Shown piece by piece: positions 9,580-19,645 of a stretch of 64,000 nucleotides of DNA. This stretch comes from an uncultured Pseudomonadota bacterium. Its GTDB lineage: Bacteria > Pseudomonadota > Gammaproteobacteria > Ga0077536. Location of the stretch: contig CAIKBL010000025.1 in NCBI GenBank assembly GCA_903825645.1, positions 60,078 through 124,077 on the forward strand, written 5' to 3'. The translations under genes were made by a program, and so were the position numbers. Numbering within the stretch: the stretch's first letter is position 1; each line of letters opens with the position of its first letter. The notes beneath the pieces are model-generated. The model ran no database searches, was not told the origin of the DNA, and saw only the letters and a list, made by a program, of their open reading frames with translations.

Positions 9580-10263
9580 TCATCGCCAAGCGAATGCAGG
9601 TTGGTCAAAGTGCCCTACGCGTGTCTGCCGTCCGAGGACGCAGACTTCTCGAAACTGATAGAGAATCGCAGCGGTCGGTGCTGCGATCCAGTCGTCGCCA
9701 ATGGGCATGCGCAACACGGGGCGCCCCGTGTCGGGGCCCGGTTCCAACATCGGCGCATCTTCGCGCAACAACTCCGAAACCGGGATGCGGTGAATCGATT
9801 CCACCTCATCAGCATTCGGATTGAATCGGGGCTGCGGTCCCGCCCAGACCACTATCGGCGTGATCACAAACCCTGAACGGGTTGCGAAATCATCTAGTCG
9901 TCCAATGATCGCTGTCGGTGGCAGATCAAGCCCGATCTCCTCATGCATCTCGCGCAAAGCAGTTTGCTCAGCGGTTTCTCCTTCATCAATCCGTCCACCC
10001 GGGAATGCCCATTGCCCAGCGTGATTCCGCAACTTCGACGAGCGTCGGGTCAGTAGCAACGCCGCGCCGGAACGCCAGAAAGCATGACTAGGCAAACCGG
10101 ACAGTTCAGCGCCATGTCCTTCGTCAGCGATCGCGATCGCGACAGCGGCCGCACGCCCGCCACTCGCGCGCTCGCTTGGGAAAGCGCCTAATTGCGTACG
10201 GACATGTGCAAAAAAAAGCGCATCACAGTCAGTTTGTTGTGGGCTATGCATCCGTTCGTTCAA
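9580..10263 (-). CDS. Nudix hydrolase, CoA pyrophosphatase type
   Basis: LLTRRSSKLRNHAGQWAFPGGRID, Nudix box GETAEQTALREMHEEIGL. Confidence 0.9.
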   Translation of the reverse strand: MNERMHSPQQTDCDALFFAHVRTQLGAFPSERASGGRAAAVAIAIADEGHGAELSGLPSHAFWRSGAALLLTRRSSKLRNHAGQWAFPGGRIDEGETAEQTALREMHEEIGLDLPPTAIIGRLDDFATRSGFVITPIVVWAGPQPRFNPNADEVESIHRIPVSELLREDAPMLEPGPDTGRPVLRMPIGDDWIAAPTAAILYQFREVCVLGRQTRVGHFDQPAFAWR

Positions 10264-11024
10264 CCGCGAGACTGGGCTGCCTGCTCACGCGCGGCCCGGA
10301 CTTTTTCATTGGTCTGATTAAACAACAGTTCTCGACGTACTTTTTCCTGCTCAGGCGTCAGCTGTCGCTCGCTGAGCTCGCGATGAACATTGCGACCTTT
10401 CTGAACAGCAGGCCGCGCACCGACCTCATCAACCCATCGCTTCAGATGAGGGTAGTTACCCCAAATTGCCTCGTCGATGAGTTTGTCGAGGAGCATGGCC
10501 CACGGCCAAGCCAACATGTCGGCAATAGAATAAGTTGCGCCTGCGAGATATTGATTCACGGAAAGCTGCGCATCCATGACGCCGCATAGCCGGTCCACCT
10601 CGCCCACGAAACGTTTGGTTCCGTACTGCAGCTGCGCCGCATCGTCGACGAGATTTTTTGCGTAATTCTTGAAATGGTTGGCGTTCCCCATCATCGGGCC
10701 AAGATTCGCCATTTGCCAATATGCCCACTGCAGCACCTCATACCGTGCCGCCGGCTCTGTGGGCAGAAACTTGCCCGTCTTGTCTGCCAGATATTCTAAA
10801 ATGGCGCCAGACTCAAACAAAGCCAAAGGTTTTCCACCGCCCAGAGGCGCGTGATCAATAATGGCCGGCATCCGGTTATTGGGACAAATCCGCAAAAATT
10901 CGGCCTTGAACTGATCGCCAGAGCCGATGTCGACCGCATGGACCGTATAGTCGAGCCCACACTCTTCCAGCATGATCGTGACTTTCCACCCGTTCGGCGT
11001 AGGCCAGTAATAGACATCAATCAT
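10260..11024 (-). CDS. Glutathione S-transferase, YfcG/YghU-like
   Basis: YYWPTPNGWKV, PNNRMPAI, FESGAILEYLA, YSIADM. Confidence 0.9.
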   Translation of the reverse strand: MIDVYYWPTPNGWKVTIMLEECGLDYTVHAVDIGSGDQFKAEFLRICPNNRMPAIIDHAPLGGGKPLALFESGAILEYLADKTGKFLPTEPAARYEVLQWAYWQMANLGPMMGNANHFKNYAKNLVDDAAQLQYGTKRFVGEVDRLCGVMDAQLSVNQYLAGATYSIADMLAWPWAMLLDKLIDEAIWGNYPHLKRWVDEVGARPAVQKGRNVHRELSERQLTPEQEKVRRELLFNQTNEKVRAAREQAAQSRG

Positions 11025-11056
11025 CGGAAATTCCTCCTGGGTGATCTTGAAAAATT

Positions 11057-11983
11057 TTAAACTTCGAGGCGCATGCCGTCGAAACTCACTTCCCAACCGC
11101 TCGACTCTACGGCCTGTCGTTCAGGGGTGCCGGCGATCAGTATAGGATTGGTGGTGTTGATGTGAATAAAAATCTTACGCGAGATCTGCAGATGGCTTAG
11201 AGCTGCCACGGTACCCTCCGCACCGGAGACGCTCATATGTCCCATCCGCTGTCCCGTTTTGTGCCCCACCCCGTCACGCACCATCTCGTCATCGGTGTAC
11301 AAGGTCCCGTCGAAAAAAACGAGTGGCGCACCTTGAATACGGGCCGCAAGCGCCGGCGTCATCCGGGCGCATGCCGGGATATAAAAAAACTTTATGCGTC
11401 CGGATTCCCGGACTTCGAGGGCTATCGTATCCTCGGCGACACTGCCAAAATTATCTCCTTTAGAAGCGTCTTCTAACCACAAGGCGACCTTGCCGGGCAC
11501 CGCAAAGGGGACGACTTCAAAACCCAGCGCTGCACCATCCGCCGTCGAGACCGCTAACGACTGCTCGAGCGACATCGAGATACGCGCCACATATTGGGGG
11601 TTCAACACATTAAAAATAGAATTCTGCGCGAGCACGAGCTGCACCCGTGCCGTTGCGTACACGTTGAATGCCTGCGATTCCCGCAACGACAGTAAACCGG
11701 TCACGTGATCGACATCCGCATTCGTCAACACGACCGCCTTGAGTGGGCTCGCCCGCAGCCCGCCGTGCGGATGAAGGATGGGGTTATCGTTGATCTGTTG
11801 CCGAAGGTCCGGCGAGGCATTGAAAAGCGTCCAGCGCTCGCCATCACAGGACACCGCAAGCGACGACTGTGTTCGCATCGGCGCGGCAACATCCTTCGCC
11901 CGTGCGCGACGGCTGTTGGGATGGTTACAGTTCCATTGCGGGTAGCCGCCGCCTGCCGCTGATCCGAGCACGGTGATGTACAT
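11057..11983 (-). CDS. pqqB: PQQ biosynthesis protein PqqB
   Basis: VLGSAAGGGYPQWNC, RTQSSLAVS, NASPDLRQQI, DVDHVTGLL.LRE, FFDGTL, MGHM, HINTTNP. Confidence 0.92.
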   Translation of the reverse strand: MYITVLGSAAGGGYPQWNCNHPNSRRARAKDVAAPMRTQSSLAVSCDGERWTLFNASPDLRQQINDNPILHPHGGLRASPLKAVVLTNADVDHVTGLLSLRESQAFNVYATARVQLVLAQNSIFNVLNPQYVARISMSLEQSLAVSTADGAALGFEVVPFAVPGKVALWLEDASKGDNFGSVAEDTIALEVRESGRIKFFYIPACARMTPALAARIQGAPLVFFDGTLYTDDEMVRDGVGHKTGQRMGHMSVSGAEGTVAALSHLQISRKIFIHINTTNPILIAGTPERQAVESSGWEVSFDGMRLEV

Positions 11984-12007
11984 ATTTTAGTCGTCCAGCG
12001 GCATTTT

Positions 12008-12460
12008 TCAGGTCAACTCGGTAGTGCCAGCCGTGTTATAGCTCACCCATCGAGCACCCGCTTCCAGACGTTCTTTTTTCCAGAACGGCGCCTTGGATTT
12101 CAGATCTTCCATCATGAAACGACACGCGTCGAACGCTTCGGCCCGATGCGCGGACCAAGCCGCAACGAGCACTATATCCTCGCCTGGCTGGACCTCGCCA
12201 ATCCGGTGGACGATGAGCGCTGCCAACAGCGACCAGCGTTGCGTCGCCTCGCCGCAAATGACTTCCAAATGCCGCTCCGTCATCCCGGGATAATGTTCTA
12301 GCGTTAGGCCTCGGACGACGCTGCCCTCGTTGTAATCCCGCATAGTACCGACAAACATCGCCGTGGCTCCGTAGGCGCCCGGCATCGGAAAGTGCATATC
12401 GGTGAAACGCCGAACCTCTGCATAGGGGTCAAAGTGGCCGTCCTTCAGTAAGATGGACAT
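12008..12460 (-). CDS. moaE: Molybdopterin synthase catalytic subunit
   Basis: LEHYPGMTE, VHRIG, SAHRAEAF, MEDLKSKAPFWKKE. Confidence 0.95.
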   Translation of the reverse strand: MSILLKDGHFDPYAEVRRFTDMHFPMPGAYGATAMFVGTMRDYNEGSVVRGLTLEHYPGMTERHLEVICGEATQRWSLLAALIVHRIGEVQPGEDIVLVAAWSAHRAEAFDACRFMMEDLKSKAPFWKKERLEAGARWVSYNTAGTTELT

Positions 12461-12461
12461 C

Positions 12462-12695
12462 CTAGCCCCCCGTGACTGGCGGGAAAAAAGCAATTTCGTC
12501 ACCGCTCTGTAGTGGCGTCGATAGCTCGCGATAATCGAGGTTCACGGCGCAGAGTACCCGGGCCGGCATATCGTGCCTGCCGGTCGCCACGGCCCACGCT
12601 TCGCGCACCGTCGCGCCGTCGCTGAGGCGACAGGGCTTCTGGCGCCAACCTTCGGTTTCGGCCAGGCTCGCAAAAAGTTTGACAATCACGTCCAT
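12462..12695 (-). CDS. moaD: Molybdopterin synthase sulfur carrier subunit
   Basis: VKLFASLAE, AVN, C-terminal GDEIAFFPPVTGG. Confidence 0.95.
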   Translation of the reverse strand: MDVIVKLFASLAETEGWRQKPCRLSDGATVREAWAVATGRHDMPARVLCAVNLDYRELSTPLQSGDEIAFFPPVTGG

Positions 12696-12782
12696 GTCAG
12701 CCCCGACATACTCCCAACTCTCCGGCTAGCGTAAAGTATAGGGAGTTTAACGTACCCACCCTCTCGACGACGAGCGCTCCTC

Positions 12783-13262
12783 ATGCAAGAACTCACGCAT
12801 TTCGACGAATATGGTCAAGCCCACATGGTAAATGTGGGCGAGAAGGCGGTTACCGCTCGGCAGGCAATCGCCGAAGGCCGTATTTTAATGGCGCCGGAGA
12901 CACTCGCCATGATCGAGGCCGGGACCCATCGGAAAGGGGATGTCATTGGCATCGCCCGTATCGCGGGCATCATGGCTGCGAAAAAAACCGCAGATCTGGT
13001 TCCGCTTTGTCATCCCCTCGCGCTCACGCGAGTCGCCCTAGAGATCACACCCGAACGGGCTTCGTGCGGCGTACGATGCCTCGCCACGGTGGAGACACGG
13101 GGCCAAACCGGGGTTGAAATGGAAGCATTGATGGCGGTCCAGATAGCCTTGCTGACAGTCTACGACATGTGCAAAGCGGTCGATCGCGGCATGACCATGG
13201 AGGGTATCCGGCTCTTGCATAAATCAGGGGGCCAGTCCGGCGACTGGCACCGTAACGCATGA
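12783..13262 (+). CDS. moaC: Cyclic pyranopterin monophosphate synthase
   Basis: [55 protein letters not shown]. Confidence 0.96.
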   Translation: MQELTHFDEYGQAHMVNVGEKAVTARQAIAEGRILMAPETLAMIEAGTHRKGDVIGIARIAGIMAAKKTADLVPLCHPLALTRVALEITPERASCGVRCLATVETRGQTGVEMEALMAVQIALLTVYDMCKAVDRGMTMEGIRLLHKSGGQSGDWHRNA

Positions 13263-13353
13263 ACCCATTTGATGGTCACCCGTATCGACAAACCTAGGCG
13301 ACAGCGCCGTCAATGCGCTCAGGGTTTACCTTTGCGCCGCCAACGCTCACGCG

Positions 13354-13806
13354 CTACCAGCAGCCGCTGACGGACAGCGTCGTCGATCCCTTTAGATTAG
13401 TCTTATTGCCGAGATTGTCGAGCTGGTATGTCCCGCACGCATCGGTTGCCTGCGGGCTGCCCGTCACAGGCACCGCCTGCAGAACGTAGCCCGGGGTCGC
13501 CCCAGCCGTCACCGATGACACGCTGAGGCTGTAATAGTTCTGAGTGCTGCTCGGGATGGGATTCGCGCTAGCCGAGGCATAACTCATGTTTGTCATCGTG
13601 GCCGTATAGGCATTGTTGAGCGCGTAATAACTCTCCTCGCGTGCCGCCAATTCCAGTACCGCCTGTTTTGCGGAGGCCCGATTTCCTTTTTGGACGAATT
13701 TCAGATAACTGGGGAAAGCGATCACCGTCAAAATGGCGACGACCACAAGTGTGATCATGAGTTCTATGAGCGTGAACCCCGCTGATTTATTTTTCGCGCG
13801 TCTCAT
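13354..13806 (-). CDS. pilE: Type IV minor pilin PilE
   Basis: Prepilin GFTLIELMI motif, IAFPSY, C-terminal D.CG...CW; ATGA overlap with the pilY1 stop. Confidence 0.9.
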   Translation of the reverse strand: MRRAKNKSAGFTLIELMITLVVVAILTVIAFPSYLKFVQKGNRASAKQAVLELAAREESYYALNNAYTATMTNMSYASASANPIPSSTQNYYSLSVSSVTAGATPGYVLQAVPVTGSPQATDACGTYQLDNLGNKTNLKGSTTLSVSGCW

Positions 13807-16800
13807 CGTAATTGCACCCACGTCAGCCGGTAGGGATGACTCGCCGCCGAGGCATTGACCTGCATCGCGTTATTGCCGATCAATTGCCCCTGTGAGGTCT
13901 GGTAGGCAATAAAATTCAGGTTCTTATAGGCCAGCGCCTGGAAGGCACCCACCGCGTTGGCCTGTACCGCGTGAATGGCATAGCCGTTCAGCTTGGCAAA
14001 CGTATTACTGTCATTTGCAAAAAACGACTGCGTAAAACTTCCGCCTGTGGAGGGATCTAACGCGTAGGACCAGCCGTTATCGAGCCCTGTAGAACAGGAA
14101 GCAGGGAGAATGGGTGCGGCAATCGTCGTGTTGAACGTCAGCGCACCGAGCAGCGTCTGCGGACTATAGATAAGCTGTTCGGTCGAATTTGGGAACACAA
14201 ATTGCCAGCCGTACTGCGTGTTTCCAGTGCTACATGTCGTGGTACCTGTCCAGCAAACCGCGTTGCTGGACAGGGAGGCATAGGCCGACGCCGTGGTCGA
14301 CGCGGAGGCCACGGTATACTGCACCGTTTGCGTTTGCAGCGTTGTCGTGCTCGCCGTCAAAGTCGTGGTCGGTGCGCCACTCGCCGGCACCGCATAATCC
14401 ATCGTCGACAATGCGTTCCAGGCCGTCATGTTCCAATCCCATACGCCATAAGCCGCCTGGTTTCCGGTTGCGTAGGTACTGGGTGAAGCACTCGTGAAGG
14501 GTACCTTTTGCCCCGTCCCGAAATACACCATCACGCGGGGATTGGTGGCACTCGCCGAGACGGCGCCGACCAGCAACTTGGTCGTGATGGGTGCCAGATA
14601 TTTAACGCTGGCGACCGTGTTGGTTGGGGTGGAGAAAAGAGGCACCGCACTGCTGCCGTAGCTCGACACCTTCCAGCTTGCCGGATTCGCACTAGTGACA
14701 TCAAAGCGCCAGATATTCCCGAACAGATCGCCGGCATAGACATAGTCGGTAGTGTTGTCCGAGTCGAGATCGACAGCCGTCGTAAAGTAAATGCCGTTGG
14801 GCGTACTTTTTCCTGTCGGATCTTGGCTCTTTCCGTAGCCGGTACTGAGCTCATAGAACGTGATCGCGCCAGTGCCGGGATCGACCAGCATGATATAAAT
14901 GGCCGCCACGCCGGTGCTACTGCTGTAACCGTTGCCAAACACGGCACCCCAGCTGCCGTTATGGAAACGAGTGATCACCGGGGTGCCGAAGGTATAGCCC
15001 AAATCGGCGGCACACGCCGTGTTACCGACGCAACTTAGCTTCGTGGCCAGCGAGGTCGTGGTCCCCGCGGTTCCATTCGACCATTCGCCTTTGACAAGGG
15101 TGCTGGCATTCGACTCGCTGAAGGTCGAGGGATCCGTGACATCCAGCGCAAAAATCGCCTGTCCTCCTGCCCCCAGTCCGCTTACGAGCCAAGTATGCCA
15201 AGCCTTGTTGTAGAACAAATCGCCGGTAGCCGGCTGCGCATTAACAAAGTACTGGTGCGGGTAAGTGCTGCTCGTATATTGGTTGAGATTCCAGATGACA
15301 CTGTTCGGCACGTAACCCAAGAGCTCCTGGCCGTCATTTGGCACCGTGCTCGTCGAGTAGACGCCTGTGCTGGTGTAGGCGCCGCTTCTGAAGCCATGCA
15401 AGATGCCATCGTTCGCGCCGACCCACACGATATTCGCTCGCGTCGCGTAAGTGCTGAGAAAGGTCGGATACGTGGTCGCACCACTGACGTTTTCAGAAGG
15501 CGTCTGAGAGGGGTAAAGCGTGTCGCCCCAAGTCGCCCCATAATTCTGCGCCGGTGGGCCCACCACCGCAGGACTGGAGTCGATAATATCGCCCAACACG
15601 CCCAAACGTTCCCGAAAAAGGCCCACGCCCGCGCTATTTATCTCGTTGGTGCGATCTCCACGCAGATAAGCGAGTCGCTTGGCTGCATTGTTATCGGTGG
15701 AGTTGAGCCAGGCCAGCATATTGGTGGACAACACGCTGGTAGAATATTCGAATGGAATGCCCTTGGTCCCTGAGTCGCTCCAGGTAATCAGTTGCCGACT
15801 CGTCGTCGCCTCAGCGGTCCCGGATGTTGCGCCAGTCTCCGTGCAGGCCCCACCGGTCAGCACGCACGAGGCATCCCAGTCCGCCACCTGTGAAACCGAG
15901 GCAACATTGGTGGTGGTGTTGAATAACACCGGATAAGAGGCGAGCTGCCCCCACCAGTCATACGGATGATAATAGGCAAGGTAGACTTGCGTGCCGGTCT
16001 GAATCTGCGCTGAAGGTTGCGTGTTGGTACCCGCCGAGCTTGCTGAAGTAGTCTGGGGAGCTGCCTGAAAACAGGTGATTTCATGAACATTGCGGCTACC
16101 ACCGGTAGAGCCCGAAAAGCCGAAGGTAAGGTAGGCGGGCAACACGCCGCTCACCGCGGTGTTGCTGATGTCATAATTTTTGATGACCTGCGTATAGGCC
16201 CCGTTGTTATAGCTGTACCAAAGACTGAGCAGACTGTTGGGCGTTATTTGTAATTGGTAGCTGACGGGGATCGCCTGCTGTCGATTCGTCGCCGATTCGT
16301 TTGCGATGGGCTGCGTACTTGGCAAGACGTACACGCCGTTGGCCGCACTGGGAAGCCCTGGAATCGACACAAAGGGGTAATCCAGAACCGTCAAATAAGT
16401 AGGGGTTTTGTTATTTCCAGAACCAGTCGTCCCGGTCTGGACCTTTCCGGCTTTGCAAATCGTTTGAATATCCGAGGCGCTGGGACTGCCGCTTGAATAG
16501 TACTGTTTGTAAGTCGTGCTATTGAGCCACGCGAGATTGAGGTTACCGGCGCCCCGCATGCTGATCGCCTGTGGGTTTAAACCCGGGCCGCTCGCCGTAT
16601 TGTCTCCCGCGTTCGCAAAATTCCCAAATTCGTCCATGCCGACACCGAGGTAGCCATTCGTAATGCCATCAGACGCGGCATTCGTGTTCGAGCAAGAATA
16701 ACCGAGTGAACCACCCGTCGCCCCCAGCGTACTCGGGACAGGCCCGGTGCCCTTCCCGGTCGGATCGGCAATCAGGAAAAAGCCCATGCCGTCGGCGCCA

Positions 16801-17195
16801 TCCTTGCTCTGACCACCGCTATCGCCGAGATACGTATAGGACGTCCAGATCACACTGATGCCGCTCGCCGCCGGAAACCACTGGTTATAGATGATGCCGC
16901 CGTGCTGATTGTTAGAGCTGTTACTTAGGCGCAATGCACCGTTGCCGGTCGGGTCGGGTAGGCTTCCCGCATAGCCGCCGACCTGCCCTGCAGTGGGACA
17001 TCCCGGAATTTGCCCGCCTACGACGGAGGTTGCCGTGCTGGCCGTCAGACACGCCACCGGGCTGCCGGTTGAAATCCACGAGTTGACAACAGACGTGCCC
17101 GTAAAGTTTTCAGAGACCGTCAAGGCGAGCGCATTAGGTAAAAGGAGTACCAGTACGAGTGTCGCCACAACGCACCTGATGTTGCTGAGCCGCAT
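13803..17195 (-). CDS. pilY1: Type IV pilus tip adhesin PilY1/PilC with N-terminal lectin-like region
   Basis: Signal peptide after GAGGAGG RBS; YLRGD, LGDIIDSSP, GANDGILHGF, FALDVTDP, FGNGY, Ca loop DLDSDNTTD, YAGDLFGNIWRFD, RLTWVQLR. Confidence 0.92.
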   Translation of the reverse strand: MRLSNIRCVVATLVLVLLLPNALALTVSENFTGTSVVNSWISTGSPVACLTASTATSVVGGQIPGCPTAGQVGGYAGSLPDPTGNGALRLSNSSNNQHGGIIYNQWFPAASGISVIWTSYTYLGDSGGQSKDGADGMGFFLIADPTGKGTGPVPSTLGATGGSLGYSCSNTNAASDGITNGYLGVGMDEFGNFANAGDNTASGPGLNPQAISMRGAGNLNLAWLNSTTYKQYYSSGSPSASDIQTICKAGKVQTGTTGSGNNKTPTYLTVLDYPFVSIPGLPSAANGVYVLPSTQPIANESATNRQQAIPVSYQLQITPNSLLSLWYSYNNGAYTQVIKNYDISNTAVSGVLPAYLTFGFSGSTGGSRNVHEITCFQAAPQTTSASSAGTNTQPSAQIQTGTQVYLAYYHPYDWWGQLASYPVLFNTTTNVASVSQVADWDASCVLTGGACTETGATSGTAEATTSRQLITWSDSGTKGIPFEYSTSVLSTNMLAWLNSTDNNAAKRLAYLRGDRTNEINSAGVGLFRERLGVLGDIIDSSPAVVGPPAQNYGATWGDTLYPSQTPSENVSGATTYPTFLSTYATRANIVWVGANDGILHGFRSGAYTSTGVYSTSTVPNDGQELLGYVPNSVIWNLNQYTSSTYPHQYFVNAQPATGDLFYNKAWHTWLVSGLGAGGQAIFALDVTDPSTFSESNASTLVKGEWSNGTAGTTTSLATKLSCVGNTACAADLGYTFGTPVITRFHNGSWGAVFGNGYSSSTGVAAIYIMLVDPGTGAITFYELSTGYGKSQDPTGKSTPNGIYFTTAVDLDSDNTTDYVYAGDLFGNIWRFDVTSANPASWKVSSYGSSAVPLFSTPTNTVASVKYLAPITTKLLVGAVSASATNPRVMVYFGTGQKVPFTSASPSTYATGNQAAYGVWDWNMTAWNALSTMDYAVPASGAPTTTLTASTTTLQTQTVQYTVASASTTASAYASLSSNAVCWTGTTTCSTGNTQYGWQFVFPNSTEQLIYSPQTLLGALTFNTTIAAPILPASCSTGLDNGWSYALDPSTGGSFTQSFFANDSNTFAKLNGYAIHAVQANAVGAFQALAYKNLNFIAYQTSQGQLIGNNAMQVNASAASHPYRLTWVQLR

Positions 17196-17230
17196 GTATC
17201 CTCCTCGAATGAATGTCATTCGGACGTCCC

Positions 17231-17779
17231 TCACTTGCCGAGGTTCTTGTAGGTGGACGCTATCACGTAGGTGCTCTGGACGACTGCGACGGCATTGGCA
17301 TTTCCGCCGTAACCAAGGCCAGTCACACGGTAAATGGTCCCCGAGAGCTGCGGGTTCAATCCCACATACTGAATGTAATAGGCCGGGATTTGCGTATACG
17401 TCCCGATACCACTTGTCGCTACGGTCATTCCTGGCGGCGTATAAGTCGTCCCTACCGTCCAGGGGATCGTCGTTGGCGCCGCCAGTGCGTTGTTACAGAC
17501 AACCGGACTTGTCCCCATGCCGGTGCACGTCGCGGCCAGCGGAAGCGCGGCCTGGGACAACCACCATTCCCCATACTGCAGGGCGGTAAATGCCGACTCG
17601 AACGCGCGTCCCTTCTCGCGGAAACTGCCCGCCATACGGGTTTGCAATCCTGAATTCTGAAAAATCGATAACCCAAGAATGGTGACGATAAGCAAGAACA
17701 CCAACCCGGCAATCAGGGCCACGCCGCTGCACCGGTGCCGCCGCGCTGTTTTTAGACAAGGCTTAAGACGCCGATTCAT
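17231..17779 (-). CDS. pilX: Type IV minor pilin PilX
   Basis: GVALIAGLVFLLIVTILG (no Glu5), RAFESA..AL..GE, YRVTGLGYGG...VVQSTY. Confidence 0.88.
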   Translation of the reverse strand: MNRRLKPCLKTARRHRCSGVALIAGLVFLLIVTILGLSIFQNSGLQTRMAGSFREKGRAFESAFTALQYGEWWLSQAALPLAATCTGMGTSPVVCNNALAAPTTIPWTVGTTYTPPGMTVATSGIGTYTQIPAYYIQYVGLNPQLSGTIYRVTGLGYGGNANAVAVVQSTYVIASTYKNLGK

Positions 17780-18555
17780 AGGAAATTTTGAAGCGCAATG
17801 GTTGTCGTAAAGGGCACCGCGGTCGGCAGCGCGCCGATCTGCGTGCAGTAGAGCATCGTGATAGTGGGCTGTATCGAGTTGACATTCGCCCAGTTGGTGA
17901 CCGCCGTGGCATTCCCATATTGCGTCACAGATCCCGTCCCCCCTGCGTCCATGCCATACAGGAATTGGATATTGCTAATGCCGAGATAGCCCACTGCGGT
18001 ACAGGCTGTCGCCGCCGACCCACTCGTCTTCACCCCCCCGACAATGGGCTGGGCGGTGCCGCCGTTCAACGCGCAGGTCAGCTGGAGTGTCCCTTGTGCC
18101 ACCGTAATCGCATTAATATAGGTCACCGGCGTACCCGAGCTCGTATTCGTCCCTCCATTGCAATTGAGCACCCCATCATTCAATCCACTTTGATAGCGGA
18201 CATAAATCGTGTCCGGAAGGCTCGAGGAGGCTCCCTCAATCCCGAATACGCTCTGACCATTTGCCGCAAATACCGAAGCCGCGGGAAATGCCGTCAGCGC
18301 CACATCCGTCTGTACGCTAGCAAAATAGCCGGCCGATTGAATGATCTGGGTCAACATAGTCATCGCGATCCGCTGATCATCCTGCATTTGTGACAGGCCA
18401 TTCTGCGTTTGACGCGTGTACCTAAAAGCCGTTAACACCGACAGCATTGCCGCCAGCAGAAATACGGTAATTGTTAGCGCGATCATCATTTCAATGAGCG
18501 TCACCCCACGCTGGCGTCCTGCCCGTCCCTGTGCGGATAACGGTTGCTGAATCAT
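17776..18555 (-). CDS. pilW: Type IV minor pilin PilW
   Basis: QRGVTLIEMMIAL, Q...R.AM..LTQIIQSAGY, IQFLYG.D, TTIALQN. Confidence 0.88.
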   Translation of the reverse strand: MIQQPLSAQGRAGRQRGVTLIEMMIALTITVFLLAAMLSVLTAFRYTRQTQNGLSQMQDDQRIAMTMLTQIIQSAGYFASVQTDVALTAFPAASVFAANGQSVFGIEGASSSLPDTIYVRYQSGLNDGVLNCNGGTNTSSGTPVTYINAITVAQGTLQLTCALNGGTAQPIVGGVKTSGSAATACTAVGYLGISNIQFLYGMDAGGTGSVTQYGNATAVTNWANVNSIQPTITMLYCTQIGALPTAVPFTTTIALQNFL

Positions 18556-19076
18556 GGCTGCATCACCAGCTGATAACTCGCCGTCGTATAGGCCTGCGCC
18601 GTGGTGAGGCTCGCACCCCCCGCATTGGTCACTTTTTCCAGCCAAGTGACGCTAATCGTGCAGATAACGGGCGTCGTCGAGGTCGGTGGCGCGCAGGAAA
18701 ACGTACCCGCGCCGCCCGGAAGCGCAAGCGAATTGGCCTGTAGCGCTGCCTGCCAGGTCTGCACGTCATAACCCGCCATCTGCGCTGCGGAACAAAGGGC
18801 AGACCCACAATTGCCCGCCGCGGGCACGTTACTCTGCGTGATGGTGGCCGCGATGCTTTGCCAATAGCCCGGATTCGCGTGCATCGTAGCGGCGAGGCTA
18901 GCGGCCTGAATGGCTGCAAGCCCTCTTATCCGGGCGACATTGGTGTTGTTGATTGTGGTGAGCTGCATACCCGCGAGCCCGAGCAGACCAATGGACACAA
19001 TGACGAGCGCAATCATCACCTCCAGCAGCGTAAACCCGTGTGTCCTCGCCTGAGATGAATCCTGTCGTCTCGACAT
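18552..19076 (-). CDS. pilV: Type IV minor pilin PilV
   Basis: GFTLLEVMIALVIVSIGLLGLAGMQ, MHAN, C...C...QMA.YD..W, LPGG.G, ISVTW. Confidence 0.9.
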   Translation of the reverse strand: MSRRQDSSQARTHGFTLLEVMIALVIVSIGLLGLAGMQLTTINNTNVARIRGLAAIQAASLAATMHANPGYWQSIAATITQSNVPAAGNCGSALCSAAQMAGYDVQTWQAALQANSLALPGGAGTFSCAPPTSTTPVICTISVTWLEKVTNAGGASLTTAQAYTTASYQLVMQP

Positions 19077-19645
19077 CAGCAGGTCCCGATGCTATCTGTT
19101 TTACCGTAAGCAATGAGGTGCGGCAAACCGAACCCGGTCACGAACAAGCACTGATCATTGAATTGATTCGGGGCAGTCGAGCCCTTGCTGCTGACGATCC
19201 GAAACGTTCCAATCGAACCGGTTCCCAAACGCGAAAAGCAGATGGCCTGGCTGGTGTTAGGACTGGTCGGGACAAAGGTAACCGCGTCACCTGTGGCTAC
19301 GGCGGCATGTACCCGCAACGGGGTATTGTTGAGCGCACTTGTGCCGCTCGCAACCGTGCAGGTACCGGACGCCGGAATCATCGTAATCCATCCCGTCGTC
19401 CATGGGCTGGCCCCCGTGCACGTCAACCCATTGCTGGAGCTGCACACCAGAACGTTGATGCCCTGCTTGATAGCCTCCATTCGCGCGTTCGTCAGATCCA
19501 TCTGCAACGCATTGATTTCCGAGGCCACATTACTACTGTCAATCGTCGTCCGATAACTGGGTAGCGCGATCACCGTAATGATCGCGCCGACCGCAACCGT
19601 GATCAGCAGTTCAATCAGCGTAAAACCGTCATTCCTTCGTATCAC
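19076..19645 (-). CDS. fimT: Type IV minor pilin FimT/FimU (GspH-like)
   Basis: GFTLIELLITV, ALPSY, ARMEAIKQG..V.VC.S, W..GW; first gene of the operon. Confidence 0.85.
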   Translation of the reverse strand: MIRRNDGFTLIELLITVAVGAIITVIALPSYRTTIDSSNVASEINALQMDLTNARMEAIKQGINVLVCSSSNGLTCTGASPWTTGWITMIPASGTCTVASGTSALNNTPLRVHAAVATGDAVTFVPTSPNTSQAICFSRLGTGSIGTFRIVSSKGSTAPNQFNDQCLFVTGFGLPHLIAYGKTDSIGTC

